From Candidatus Melainabacteria bacterium 17Bon1m (GTDB lineage Bacteria > Cyanobacteriota > Vampirovibrionia > Obscuribacterales > Obscuribacteraceae): 64,000 bases of DNA. The first letter of the stretch is position 1; each line of letters starts with the position of its first letter. Below the pieces are notes generated by a model. The model was not told where the DNA came from. It saw only the letters and a program-made list of their open reading frames with translations, and did not search any database. The position numbers and the translations under genes are program-made. Positions 21,536 to 30,901 of the stretch are shown here, piece after piece. The stretch covers positions 888,974 to 952,973 of the forward strand of contig JAVLKG010000003.1 of the NCBI GenBank assembly GCA_032128875.1. Direction: 5' to 3'.

Positions 21536-23179
21536 ATGTTCCGACCGCAAAAATCCCCTCCTCCTATTCGGCTGCCGCGTATTGCGCAATTGCCGACCTA
21601 TGAGATGCTCATAAAGATCACGGAGCAGGCGCATGAGTCGCGCGGTCGAACTGTCGAGCTGCCGTTCAACCCTGAGCGCCAGCAATTCGGATATATCATC
21701 GCGGTTTGCTTCGAGCCTGAGTATTCAGAGCCGACCTGGAGCCTGACGACCGGTGACGGCAATCGCGTCACAACGATTTTTCGGATGCAGCAGTCCGACG
21801 TCACTCTGATTCAAACGGTCATTGAAAGCCAATGTCTGGGGACCGACGTTGGTGAAGCGATTAGCAATAGGGCAAAGATTACCGGCACGGAATTGAATCT
21901 GAAAAGCGGAATTCCAAGCCCTAATGACACCGGTACTATGGCGTTTCCGTACATGATGGGTACTCTGCACGGCATGCCGCCTTCATCGCAAGTTGCCGCC
22001 GCTGCAGCGGCTGCCGAAGTACAGGAGACCGGTCCTGCAGCTCTTGAAGGCGATTTGCAAACAGTTCCTTATCCCAACCTTCTTCAGTCTATTTCGATGT
22101 CCAAGATGACAGGGCGTCTGGCTGTGAAGTCATCGAAGGGTGGAGGAGAGTTTTACTTTGAAGACGGGGCGCCTGTCTATGCAGTTGCTGCCGACGCTCA
22201 AGGCGACCTGGCGCTGCTCGAATCGCTGACCTGGGAAGACGGTAAGTTCAAATTCTTCGAGCGCGAGCGCACCGTCGAGCGCAATGTCAAAAAGAATCTC
22301 AATTCCTTGTTGATGGAAGGGATTGGTTTGCTCGACCAACTCAAATATCTGCAAAACACAGGCGTGAAGATGGAGACATATCTCTTCCGCAAAGTGCCGA
22401 ATTTGACTGAGAAAGACTTTGAGCAGAGAGTCTCTCAGTTCGTTCCGATTGATATGAATTTGCAAAAGCAGTTTTATCAAAGTGTCGATAACATGAGCAC
22501 TTTGTTTGAGCTCCTGCGCCGTCGCCCCCTCACGAAAACTGAGTGGGTGCCGATTCTCTTCAATCTTCTGCATGCAGAATTGCTGGCGTTTTCTGATAAA
22601 CCACCAGCAGGCGTTCGCATGGGGCTCATGGAAGTTCAGAGTTTGGATCGCACTCAGATTCAGGGTGTGATGAGCAAGCTGGTCAGACCGGAGACAGGTT
22701 TGTACACGTATCCGATGTTCCTCTTTTTCTTGGAGCAAGAGTTTCATCGATACGAACGCTTGAATGTTCCTTTCAGTGTTGTGCTTTTCGATATGCGCTT
22801 GCGTGATGCAATGGGACTGCAACCGTTGGCTGGCCCTATTCTCAATGAAGCCGTGCGACGTTTGATCACGGTGAGGAGAAACTTGGATATCATTGCGCAC
22901 TTCGAGACTTTTGACTTTGCTGCGATTCTTCCTCATACCACCACAGACAGTGCCGCGTTTTTTGCTCAACGCGTAAGCGAATTGATTATGCAAACGCCAC
23001 TTGCACCACATATCCATCCAACGCACATTCACTTGAGCTTTGGTGTCGCCGGGGTGCCCGAAGATTGCGACGACCCTGCCTTCCTCATTGCTGCAGCCAA
23101 GGAAGCAAGAACCAGAGCGGCGAGCAGCACCATCCCTATATGCTTGTTCAAAAACATTCAGTCGGCTCAATCGTCCTGA
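21536..23179 (+). CDS. DUF4388/PATAN-like plus degenerate GGDEF-domain protein (paralog 1)
   Basis: LEGDL..NLLQSI..SKMTGRL..GEFYFEDG...TWEDGKFKF; ETGLY, FSVVLFD, RNLD..AHFETFDF, SFGVAG. Confidence 0.82.
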   Translation: MFRPQKSPPPIRLPRIAQLPTYEMLIKITEQAHESRGRTVELPFNPERQQFGYIIAVCFEPEYSEPTWSLTTGDGNRVTTIFRMQQSDVTLIQTVIESQCLGTDVGEAISNRAKITGTELNLKSGIPSPNDTGTMAFPYMMGTLHGMPPSSQVAAAAAAAEVQETGPAALEGDLQTVPYPNLLQSISMSKMTGRLAVKSSKGGGEFYFEDGAPVYAVAADAQGDLALLESLTWEDGKFKFFERERTVERNVKKNLNSLLMEGIGLLDQLKYLQNTGVKMETYLFRKVPNLTEKDFEQRVSQFVPIDMNLQKQFYQSVDNMSTLFELLRRRPLTKTEWVPILFNLLHAELLAFSDKPPAGVRMGLMEVQSLDRTQIQGVMSKLVRPETGLYTYPMFLFFLEQEFHRYERLNVPFSVVLFDMRLRDAMGLQPLAGPILNEAVRRLITVRRNLDIIAHFETFDFAAILPHTTTDSAAFFAQRVSELIMQTPLAPHIHPTHIHLSFGVAGVPEDCDDPAFLIAAAKEARTRAASSTIPICLFKNIQSAQSS

Positions 23180-23219
23180 GTATTAAGACAGCGAAACTAA
23201 ATCAAGAAAACCAAAGCTC

Positions 23220-24818
23220 ATGTATCGACCACCAAAGCCACAGCCACCACCACCGCCAATTCGGATGCCTGCACTGGGCACGATTCCGTCCTACGAGCAT
23301 GTGGCGCAGATGCTGGCTCAAGCGCAACAGGCGCGTGGACGAATTGTAGAACTTGTTTTTATAAATCCAAATCAGCATCACGAAAAGATGTTATCAGTGC
23401 GCTGTCCCGCGGACGATTCGGATCCTGTATGGTTTTTCTATTCGCAGTTTAGGGACGACCCCAATGCGGCAAGCAGCCCAGATCAAAACCCTCCGGCATG
23501 GAGCTACCAGAGTCCGGACGTGGCATTGATCCACAATATCGTCACCCGCGAATGCATGGGCGGTCCTGTGGAAGAATCTGCTCAGCAGATAACGACATTG
23601 TCAGGTTTTAGAAGTAACAATTCTGGCGCAGACAGTCTTGCACAAGCGTTCAGAAATGCAGGAGCCGGTCTTCAAGCGGCTCAGGCTCAAGCGTCGATGC
23701 AAGGTGATTTGAAAAACATTCAAGTTCCCAAATTGCTATTGTCTGTTGCTATGCATGAGCTAACCGGCAGACTCTACATTGAAAGTCCGCAGGGTGGCGC
23801 TGAGATTTTCTTCGAGGCTGGAAAGCCACTCCATGCCAATGCGCTGGATTCGCAGGGTGACATGGCTATCATCGAGATGATCACCTGGCAGGATGGTCGA
23901 TTCGAGTTTCACGACAACGAGCGAACAACTGCGCGCACGGTTAGCCAGAGCCTGGATGTTTTAGTCCAGCAAGGCACGCCGTTGCGAGAGTATGTGCGTG
24001 AATTGAATACGCATGGACTAACCATGGAGTCTTTCTTAGTCAGGCGATTGCCGAATTTGACAGAGGTTGATTTCGAGCGCGCCATTTATGGTGGCATCCC
24101 GCTCGATTTGAACATGCAAAAGCTTTTGTATCAATGCATCGATAACCAAAGCACCGTATTTGATGTCTTGCGTCGTCGCCCGATGGCGAAGACAGAGTGG
24201 CTTCCGATTATCTACAACCTTGTGAAATGCGACTTGATCGTGATTTCCAACAAGGCCGCGCAGGTTCAGCAACAATTGCCACTTGAAGCGATGGGAATCG
24301 ATCGCGCCACTATTCAAGCCGGAATGCGCAGTTTGCATCGTCCGGAAACTGACCTGATCAATTATCCATTGATTCTCCATTTCGTCGAACAGGAATTTTT
24401 CCGATTCGAGTCGAGCGGTCTGCCATTTTCTCTCATTGTTTTTGAGTTGGCGATGCGAACCCCTGACGGACCGCAGCCTCTGCCAATACCACACATTCGC
24501 GAGATTGCAAAACGGATCAATTTGATCACTAGAAAAATCGATCTGCTTGCACACTTCGAAACGTTTTCTTTTATGATTCTTCTTCCCTACACCAACGTCA
24601 ACGCAGCTTCGGTGGTGGCAAATCGCATCACACAGGCAATATTGTCTTCTCCCGTGTGCGACTTGGATTCCCGATACATCGCTGTGGCTATGGGCATTGC
24701 CGGACTTCCCGAGGATTGCAACGATATCGGCATGCTTCTTGCCGGTGCCAAGGAAGCAAAAAAACGCGCTCAACAAGGCTCGTCACCGATCGTGCTGCTC
24801 AAGGATATCCAATCCTAG
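23220..24818 (+). CDS. DUF4388/PATAN-like plus degenerate GGDEF-domain protein (paralog 2)
   Basis: MQGDL..LTGRL..EIFFEAG..TWQDGRFEF; RKID..AHFETFSF; co-linear with paralog 1. Confidence 0.82.
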   Translation: MYRPPKPQPPPPPIRMPALGTIPSYEHVAQMLAQAQQARGRIVELVFINPNQHHEKMLSVRCPADDSDPVWFFYSQFRDDPNAASSPDQNPPAWSYQSPDVALIHNIVTRECMGGPVEESAQQITTLSGFRSNNSGADSLAQAFRNAGAGLQAAQAQASMQGDLKNIQVPKLLLSVAMHELTGRLYIESPQGGAEIFFEAGKPLHANALDSQGDMAIIEMITWQDGRFEFHDNERTTARTVSQSLDVLVQQGTPLREYVRELNTHGLTMESFLVRRLPNLTEVDFERAIYGGIPLDLNMQKLLYQCIDNQSTVFDVLRRRPMAKTEWLPIIYNLVKCDLIVISNKAAQVQQQLPLEAMGIDRATIQAGMRSLHRPETDLINYPLILHFVEQEFFRFESSGLPFSLIVFELAMRTPDGPQPLPIPHIREIAKRINLITRKIDLLAHFETFSFMILLPYTNVNAASVVANRITQAILSSPVCDLDSRYIAVAMGIAGLPEDCNDIGMLLAGAKEAKKRAQQGSSPIVLLKDIQS

Positions 24819-24830
24819 AAAGATAAATTT

Positions 24831-24855
24831 GTAGGCGCGATCCCATGCATCGCCC
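24831..24855. repeat. REP-like GTAG-type palindrome (degenerate)
   Basis: GTAGGCGCGATCC-CAT-GCATCGCCC, related to 50764-50786 and 54716-54740. Confidence 0.45.
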
Positions 24856-24912
24856 GCTTTGAAGCCTTGTCGGTTCGATCCGGTTCCAGAACCTATGGTC
24901 CGGTTTTAGAAC

Positions 24913-25890
24913 TTATTCAGCTTGCTCTTCTTTGAGCTGCGGACGCACTTCGTCCATCGTGTAGCCAGGCGGCTGCGAATGCTTCAATTTCAACTGCGTG
25001 CCGTCTGCCAGGTCCATCACGTTGGCTATGACCGCGAAGTGGAAAATCGTCCAGTCTCTTAGTTGACCTTTGCGCACAACATGCAATCGCACCAGGCAGT
25101 TTTGGAGACGAGGCAAAAGCTTTTCGATTTCCTCTTTGGACATCTCTGTTCCGTCTGCCTTCACGACCGGACCAGCGTCTTTCGGTTGGACGTAATCCGC
25201 CGCTTCGTCGCCGAACATGTCTCTCAGTTCTTGTGCCGCTCGTTCGTTTTGTCGACGCTCCAACTCCAGAGCGTCCTTATCCTTTTTGAGCATTCTGCTT
25301 TTGTCTTTTAGAATCGCTTGAAACTCTAATTCAGCTTCCTCAGAAATTGCACCTTTAGGCGGCAGAATGGCGTCCTTCTCAATCGACGGTCTGAGGCGCA
25401 AGTAAAAGCCTTTGTATGCTTCGTGGTCGGGATCCTTTGAAAAGGCGTTCAGCTCTTCTTCCGTCATTTTGTAGCCATAGGCCATCTTGAGCGGCAAGAA
25501 GTAGGGACGATCGTTCTTTTCGAATTTGATCGGTACATCCACGACGGTGTCTTCTGGAGTTTCCCAGAATACTGTCACCGCCTTCTTCTTCGGATGGTTC
25601 ACGTTGTGAATTTTGGGTTCGCCCACAGAGAAATTCTTGCCTACTGTAAAGGCAAGGTTAGGCTCCTGCGCCGATACATATATTAGGTACGAACCCCACC
25701 CACCTTTGGCCGGGCAACGGCAGACATTGCCGCCAAATCGCTTCACAGCGCGGCTCAGTTCGCTGTGCTTCAGATTCTCCAGAAAGGCAAATGCTTCTTC
25801 TTTTGGGCTGACAAAAACTGTGTTCATCACCAAAAGGCACATGGAAAGGGCGAAGACAGAAAGTACAATCGCTGGATAAACAAAACGCAT
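24913..25890 (-). CDS. Hypothetical membrane-anchored protein
   Basis: 325-aa ORF, N-terminal hydrophobic helix, CRCPAKGGWG motif; family not recognised. Confidence 0.75.
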   Translation of the reverse strand: MRFVYPAIVLSVFALSMCLLVMNTVFVSPKEEAFAFLENLKHSELSRAVKRFGGNVCRCPAKGGWGSYLIYVSAQEPNLAFTVGKNFSVGEPKIHNVNHPKKKAVTVFWETPEDTVVDVPIKFEKNDRPYFLPLKMAYGYKMTEEELNAFSKDPDHEAYKGFYLRLRPSIEKDAILPPKGAISEEAELEFQAILKDKSRMLKKDKDALELERRQNERAAQELRDMFGDEAADYVQPKDAGPVVKADGTEMSKEEIEKLLPRLQNCLVRLHVVRKGQLRDWTIFHFAVIANVMDLADGTQLKLKHSQPPGYTMDEVRPQLKEEQAE

Positions 25891-26161
25891 GTGCCGTAAT
25901 TTTCCTTCTCAGCCCTTGCTCAAATCTCGCGTATTCTTAGCCCAGTTCTAACAGGTTGAAAACAGGTTTCGTGTTACATTCATAGTGGTCGGCTAGAAGT
26001 TTATAAGCGTCCGGCTCAAACCTGAAATCAGTCCCAAAACATTGTATTGTAGGGCTTTTCAGGTGGGGTTCTTTGTGTCTTGTTCAATCACGAATTAGAC
26101 AATATGAGTGGAACCACCGATTTAGTCTAACACGCGTCTCCCGGGAGGGTTGGTAACTGCG

Positions 26162-27598
26162 ATGATGGCATTGTCCAGCAACATTCTCAATTTATTTGGC
26201 GCAGTTCTGGCTGTTATTTTTCTCTGGAGCTTTGTTCGAGCGCAGGCGTGGAAAGAACTGTCAGCGAAGAATTTGGTCGCTTCGATCAAGCCTCTTCTCT
26301 TCACATTGATTCCTCTTTGCTCACTTGCGTTCATAGGTACATTCGCCAAAGTCTGCACTTACTGGGACATCGCATACATTGCTCTTGGCGTCGTGATTCC
26401 GTATATCCTCAGCCAAGTCGGCTTGCCAGTTTTCTATCGCTCTATTCTTTTATTGGTTCTCTCTGCTGTAGTCGTTCTGCACCCGGGTGCCGTAGTTGGT
26501 GATATCACCTCTACATTGATCGGCCTTCTCAGTTGGAAGGCGATGGAAAACATGCACAAATTGCCGGAATCTACTTTTGAAGACATTCTTCCTGCATTTG
26601 TTTTTCTTTCGAGCACCTTCTGGTTCAAAATAGGAGGCTCAACTGGTGATGAAGTTAGAAACACAACTTTAGTGCTCGCATCGCTGGTCATCGGGCTTTT
26701 CTTGCGCTGGAGTGAACGACCTCTGGTTGGAAACGATCCGTACTGGTGGAGAAGAATTCTCATCGCTGCAAGCGGCGGATTGTTCCTCCTAGTTGTGATC
26801 AACAAACTTTTGCTTGCTCCGAAAATTGCGACAATTGCAGCTTTGGCTGGCGCTTCCTTCTTCTTTGCTTATTTGTTTGAGAAACTGACGCAAGAAGATG
26901 GAGAGAAAGGCGAAATGCTTAAAGGCTTCAAATCGCTCGTCTTCGTCGGTATTCTCACTTTGCTTGCCACTCGTCTATTTGGAATGCTGGGTTTGTGCGT
27001 CGTTGCTTCCGCCGCCGTTGTAGCTAGAAAGCCGGGGCTTGCACAAACAGTTGGCATATTCTTCGCCTCACGCGTTTTGCTGCAAGGCTTCATGTCTGCG
27101 TACAATGCTAACGTCACCGGCGTAAATATCATGCACACTTACTGCTACGCCGCGATGTTCGGCGGCATCCTCGCGATGTTCGTGATCAGTTCGCTATTTA
27201 GAGAGACCGAGGCTCGCAAATATTTGCCTTTTGCGCTGGTTGGCGCTGGCGTGACACTGCCGGTAGTGTCCAATTATTTCCTGCATGCAGAACCGTCTTG
27301 CGCGCTCTTGTCCTCGGTTCTTGTCGGCGCTGTGCTGCTTGCTGTGTTTTTGCAACATGCTTATGATTTGAAACTGCCCGAGCACGAGAACATCATTTTG
27401 GTTCCCCCTCTCATGATGTCGGTCGCGTATCTTTCCGGTTCGTTAATCGAATTAGGCAATAATGCACCTTCGAATTTGAAGACTCAAGTGATCGCAGTTC
27501 TTCTGGCAGTCGCGACTATCGTTTGTGTTGTAACCCACCTGCTCACTGGCAAGAACGCACCAGTCCAGCCCGCAGAGCCGGAACCCAAACCGGAATAA
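26162..27598 (+). CDS. Hypothetical polytopic membrane protein
   Basis: About 480 aa, almost entirely hydrophobic helices; no recognised motif. Confidence 0.8.
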   Translation: MMALSSNILNLFGAVLAVIFLWSFVRAQAWKELSAKNLVASIKPLLFTLIPLCSLAFIGTFAKVCTYWDIAYIALGVVIPYILSQVGLPVFYRSILLLVLSAVVVLHPGAVVGDITSTLIGLLSWKAMENMHKLPESTFEDILPAFVFLSSTFWFKIGGSTGDEVRNTTLVLASLVIGLFLRWSERPLVGNDPYWWRRILIAASGGLFLLVVINKLLLAPKIATIAALAGASFFFAYLFEKLTQEDGEKGEMLKGFKSLVFVGILTLLATRLFGMLGLCVVASAAVVARKPGLAQTVGIFFASRVLLQGFMSAYNANVTGVNIMHTYCYAAMFGGILAMFVISSLFRETEARKYLPFALVGAGVTLPVVSNYFLHAEPSCALLSSVLVGAVLLAVFLQHAYDLKLPEHENIILVPPLMMSVAYLSGSLIELGNNAPSNLKTQVIAVLLAVATIVCVVTHLLTGKNAPVQPAEPEPKPE

Positions 27599-27645
27599 AG
27601 CGACAGTAAAAACTGCAGCAAAAGCGTTTGATTTTGCAGTCTTAA

Positions 27646-28494
27646 CTAGAACCCGCCGTCAGGGTCGTTTCTGAAGGTGCCTGCGTCATTTCGCGTTCTG
27701 CGACCACCGCCGGAGTTGTTATTGCCGCCGTAGGCACCGCTGCCATTGCCGCTGTTTCCGCCGTATGAGCCGCCACCATAGTAGTTAGAACCACCGCCGC
27801 CACCATAGGTCGCCGGCACCTGGTCTCCTTGAGGCTGCGCAACCACTTCATTGTGGCTGGAGCCCCAGGCCGGTTGCTGAGGCGCCTGATAGTTGTTGGA
27901 GTTGTAATTGCTGTAGCTCGCTACTGCAGGTTGTTGCTGATATTGGGGTTGCTGCTGATACTGCGAGTAGCTTGGCGCTGGCGAGCTTGCCATTGATGAA
28001 GACTGCTGCGAGCGAGGCATCATGGGGTTGTACGCCATCCGTTCATTTAGACAAATGCGAATGTTTGCGATCACTTTCATAGAGCCGCCCGGGAGGTTGG
28101 GCGAAACAAAAGTGTGTTGAGTTTTGCCCACAAAATATCTATCGCCGTGCGTTTCAATCACGCCTTCGTAGACGTCGCCGGACTGGCGATAACTGCCGTC
28201 AGCGTTTTGATAAATGACGTTGCCGCGCATAAGAACGCCATCTCTGATGTCGGCTGGAATCGGGCACCATTGAACCCAGTTGCCGCGCATGCGATTGACA
28301 TTCACTTCTACACGCTCTTTGCCGAACAGCCACGGTCCTGAATAGCTTTTCGATGCAGCGTTCAAATCATAGTAATGCTTGCCGCTGCTGGCGTCAGCAC
28401 GAAGGAATGTGTCTGTCGACTTTGCGTACATTGCCTCTTGCTGGCGTGGCAATTCCTGATAGTTGTCGTCTTTGATTTCTGCTTGTAGCTGCAT
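27646..28494 (-). CDS. Hypothetical protein with Q/N/Y/G-rich low-complexity C-terminus
   Basis: Globular N-half, then YQQQPQYQQQP...YGGGGGSNYYGGGSYGGNSGNG. Confidence 0.75.
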   Translation of the reverse strand: MQLQAEIKDDNYQELPRQQEAMYAKSTDTFLRADASSGKHYYDLNAASKSYSGPWLFGKERVEVNVNRMRGNWVQWCPIPADIRDGVLMRGNVIYQNADGSYRQSGDVYEGVIETHGDRYFVGKTQHTFVSPNLPGGSMKVIANIRICLNERMAYNPMMPRSQQSSSMASSPAPSYSQYQQQPQYQQQPAVASYSNYNSNNYQAPQQPAWGSSHNEVVAQPQGDQVPATYGGGGGSNYYGGGSYGGNSGNGSGAYGGNNNSGGGRRTRNDAGTFRNDPDGGF

Positions 28495-28548
28495 GGTTAC
28501 TTTCGGGTTTGAGTAGTTCGGTGTCGAAACCTGAATTCTGCTTTGGGT

Positions 28549-29988
28549 TTACTTCTTTTGTTTTGCAGGCGCTTTGGGCTTCTTCGCTTCCTTGGGCTTT
28601 TGCGTAATGTCCTGTTTTGATGCGCTCGGTTTGCTTGCCGGTTGCGCTTTTGAAACGTGATGAGGAGAGAAAACATCAAGATGTTTCTTCGCTAAAGCAT
28701 CTGCTTCTGATTCTTTCTTTAGCTCTCTGAGAAGGTCGGAATAAACGCGTGGCAATTCGTAGAGTTCTCGTCTGTGATGGGCGGAAAGTGATTCATAGAC
28801 AGGCAAAACTTCCTTCAACTGGTTTTCCGCTTCCGTCTTGCGTCCATGTCTTCTTAGAAAATGAGCGTACTCAACTGCGCATTCGATAAGCTTCACCCTT
28901 GAGTCAGTGTGATATTTTGTCGCTGTGCCCACGGCATCTTTATAAATTTCTTCTGCTTCTTTTTCTTGTCCGCTGCTGTCTAGAGTGCGTGCCAGATTTA
29001 GCTGATGCACCAACGTATCAGGGTGTCTGTCGCCCTTTAATTGCGAATGCAGCGTCAATGCTTTTCTGTAAGCATCAATTGCTTTGCCGTGTGATTTTTC
29101 CTCAGCGTGGCTGAGACCAAGATAGTGCAAACATTTGATTTTGCCAGGTGCATCATTCAATTTTTCGTAGAGCACGAGCGACTGATCGAGGTATTCGATC
29201 GCTTCTTTGTTGTAATTGTGGTGGTACATAACCGCGCCTAAGTTGAACAAGTCCTGTGCAACTTCTTTGTGCTCTGCACCATAGTTTTTTTTGTCTAGTT
29301 CAAGAGCTTCTAAATAGAGTTTGCGAGCCTCTTCAATCTTGCGCATCTCGCCGTAAAGGTTGGCGAGATTTGTAAGAGTAATTGCCAGTGAATTCGAGTT
29401 GGCATCTTTTCGCTTTATCTCGATGACTTCCTTGTACAAACGCTCCGCGTCCGCATCGTGACCAGATTTATGTTCAACCAGAGCGAGATTTCCGAGCGTT
29501 TCGGCCGTCTTCGGATTGTTCTTCCCTAATTCCTTTTCTCTTATTACCAGCGCGGCTTGCAGGCTCGTGCGCGCTTCATCCAGGCGACGTTGCTTCAAGT
29601 AAAGGTGAGTCATCTGGTTTAGCGTCTCGGCTAAATTCAGTTTGTTGGCATCCTTTTGCGCAATTTCGATTGCTTCTTTCCACTTTGTTTCAGCGTCTCT
29701 GAATTGCCCAGCGACAAAGTTTGTTTCGGCTTCGTTTTCCTTTTGAGCCCAAGCGCTGTTTGTCGTTTCTCCCGTCTGTGCTCTAAGCGGGGCTGATATG
29801 ACCACAGCCGCCAGCAGTGCGAGCGCAAACATCTTTACTTGTGTATTTTTCAAAGATGGCAAGGCGTTACCTCTCGTGCCGTCAACTATTGCCGCCAATC
29901 CAAGCTGCAAATTATAGCCTCGATTGCTGACGGTGAGAAAAGAGTGGACTTTGTGCATGGAAAATTTCTGATGAATCGAAAAGTCCAC
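28549..29988 (-). CDS. Exported TPR protein (kinesin-light-chain-like repeats)
   Basis: AETLGNLALV, AITLTNLANLY, AQDLFNLGAV, HPDTL repeats; real start probably near 29832 (MFALALLAAV). Confidence 0.85.
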   Translation of the reverse strand: MDFSIHQKFSMHKVHSFLTVSNRGYNLQLGLAAIVDGTRGNALPSLKNTQVKMFALALLAAVVISAPLRAQTGETTNSAWAQKENEAETNFVAGQFRDAETKWKEAIEIAQKDANKLNLAETLNQMTHLYLKQRRLDEARTSLQAALVIREKELGKNNPKTAETLGNLALVEHKSGHDADAERLYKEVIEIKRKDANSNSLAITLTNLANLYGEMRKIEEARKLYLEALELDKKNYGAEHKEVAQDLFNLGAVMYHHNYNKEAIEYLDQSLVLYEKLNDAPGKIKCLHYLGLSHAEEKSHGKAIDAYRKALTLHSQLKGDRHPDTLVHQLNLARTLDSSGQEKEAEEIYKDAVGTATKYHTDSRVKLIECAVEYAHFLRRHGRKTEAENQLKEVLPVYESLSAHHRRELYELPRVYSDLLRELKKESEADALAKKHLDVFSPHHVSKAQPASKPSASKQDITQKPKEAKKPKAPAKQKK

Positions 29989-30139
29989 TGTGTGGAAAAC
30001 CCGTCCGCACTAAGGCAGTCCTTAGGGTCCCCCGAAAAACTGATAAGAAAACACGCCTTTGCGTGTTTTTACCATTCTAAAAACGGTGGTCAAGTTCTAC
30101 TATTTGGGGGTCCTCTTGCAACCACGTGAGGCTAGGGCC

Positions 30140-30793
30140 ATGGTCCAAGCATTCGACGCTAATGACGGCGGTGGAATCCCTGAAGTTGAATCTGCAAATA
30201 CCGACCATCAAACTTTGATTGGTGAGGTTTTGGATTTCGTGCAGGAGCACAAAACCTTAAGCGCCATCGCAGGAATTGGAGTCACAGCTGGAGCGGTATA
30301 TTTCGCTCGTGCTCCGATTGCTAGATGCTTAGGTCGTCTCGGCGGTTCTATCGTTGCGGCAGAAGATGCTGCCACAGTTGCAGGCAAGTTAGGAAAAACG
30401 CCGTTAGGACGCGAGCTTGCAGTGGCCGGAGAGGATGTCGTTGTTGCCTCGGGCGCTGTTGATGATGTAATTACAGGTGGTGTCAAAGCGGCTGAAGGCG
30501 CTAGTGATGGGGCGAAGCCGTTGTTGGGCGCACTCGATGAGGCCGCAAAAGCAGGCAAATTAAAAACGCCGGAGCCCTGGGTGTACCATCCGGAAAATAG
30601 AGGACTGTTGAAGGATCTGCCGAAAGGCGGCACCGGAGAAATCAAGTCAGCCGAAGGTGGACTGGATGCCGCAACTACAGCACACTCAACACATTCTCCG
30701 GACGCCGTCGATATAGCCAATCTCGGATTTCCAGGACTGACAAAGGCGCCGATCATTGATGTGACCAGGCACAGATTTCTGCGCGGAAAGTAA
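30140..30793 (+). CDS. Hypothetical Ala/Gly-rich protein with one hydrophobic helix
   Basis: Open frame with plausible ATG at 30140; no recognised domain. Confidence 0.6.
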   Translation: MVQAFDANDGGGIPEVESANTDHQTLIGEVLDFVQEHKTLSAIAGIGVTAGAVYFARAPIARCLGRLGGSIVAAEDAATVAGKLGKTPLGRELAVAGEDVVVASGAVDDVITGGVKAAEGASDGAKPLLGALDEAAKAGKLKTPEPWVYHPENRGLLKDLPKGGTGEIKSAEGGLDAATTAHSTHSPDAVDIANLGFPGLTKAPIIDVTRHRFLRGK

Positions 30794-30901
30794 TAAGCAG
30801 GAGATATCCGAGTCACTCGGCAAGCTCTTCACTTACACGCGGCAGACCCACTTGCGTAACGCGTGACCGCGTTTTCATCGACTGAGTGAAGTGTTTTCCA
30901 C

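Noticed and set aside
22130-24776. Long antisense ORFs (346 aa and 246 aa) and similar shadows elsewhere
   Set aside because: They lie fully opposite well-supported genes and have no motifs
26110-26130. Additional ECF promoter (GGAAC...GTCTAA)
   Set aside because: Spacer is only 10 nt; a similar match near 17503 has 19 nt
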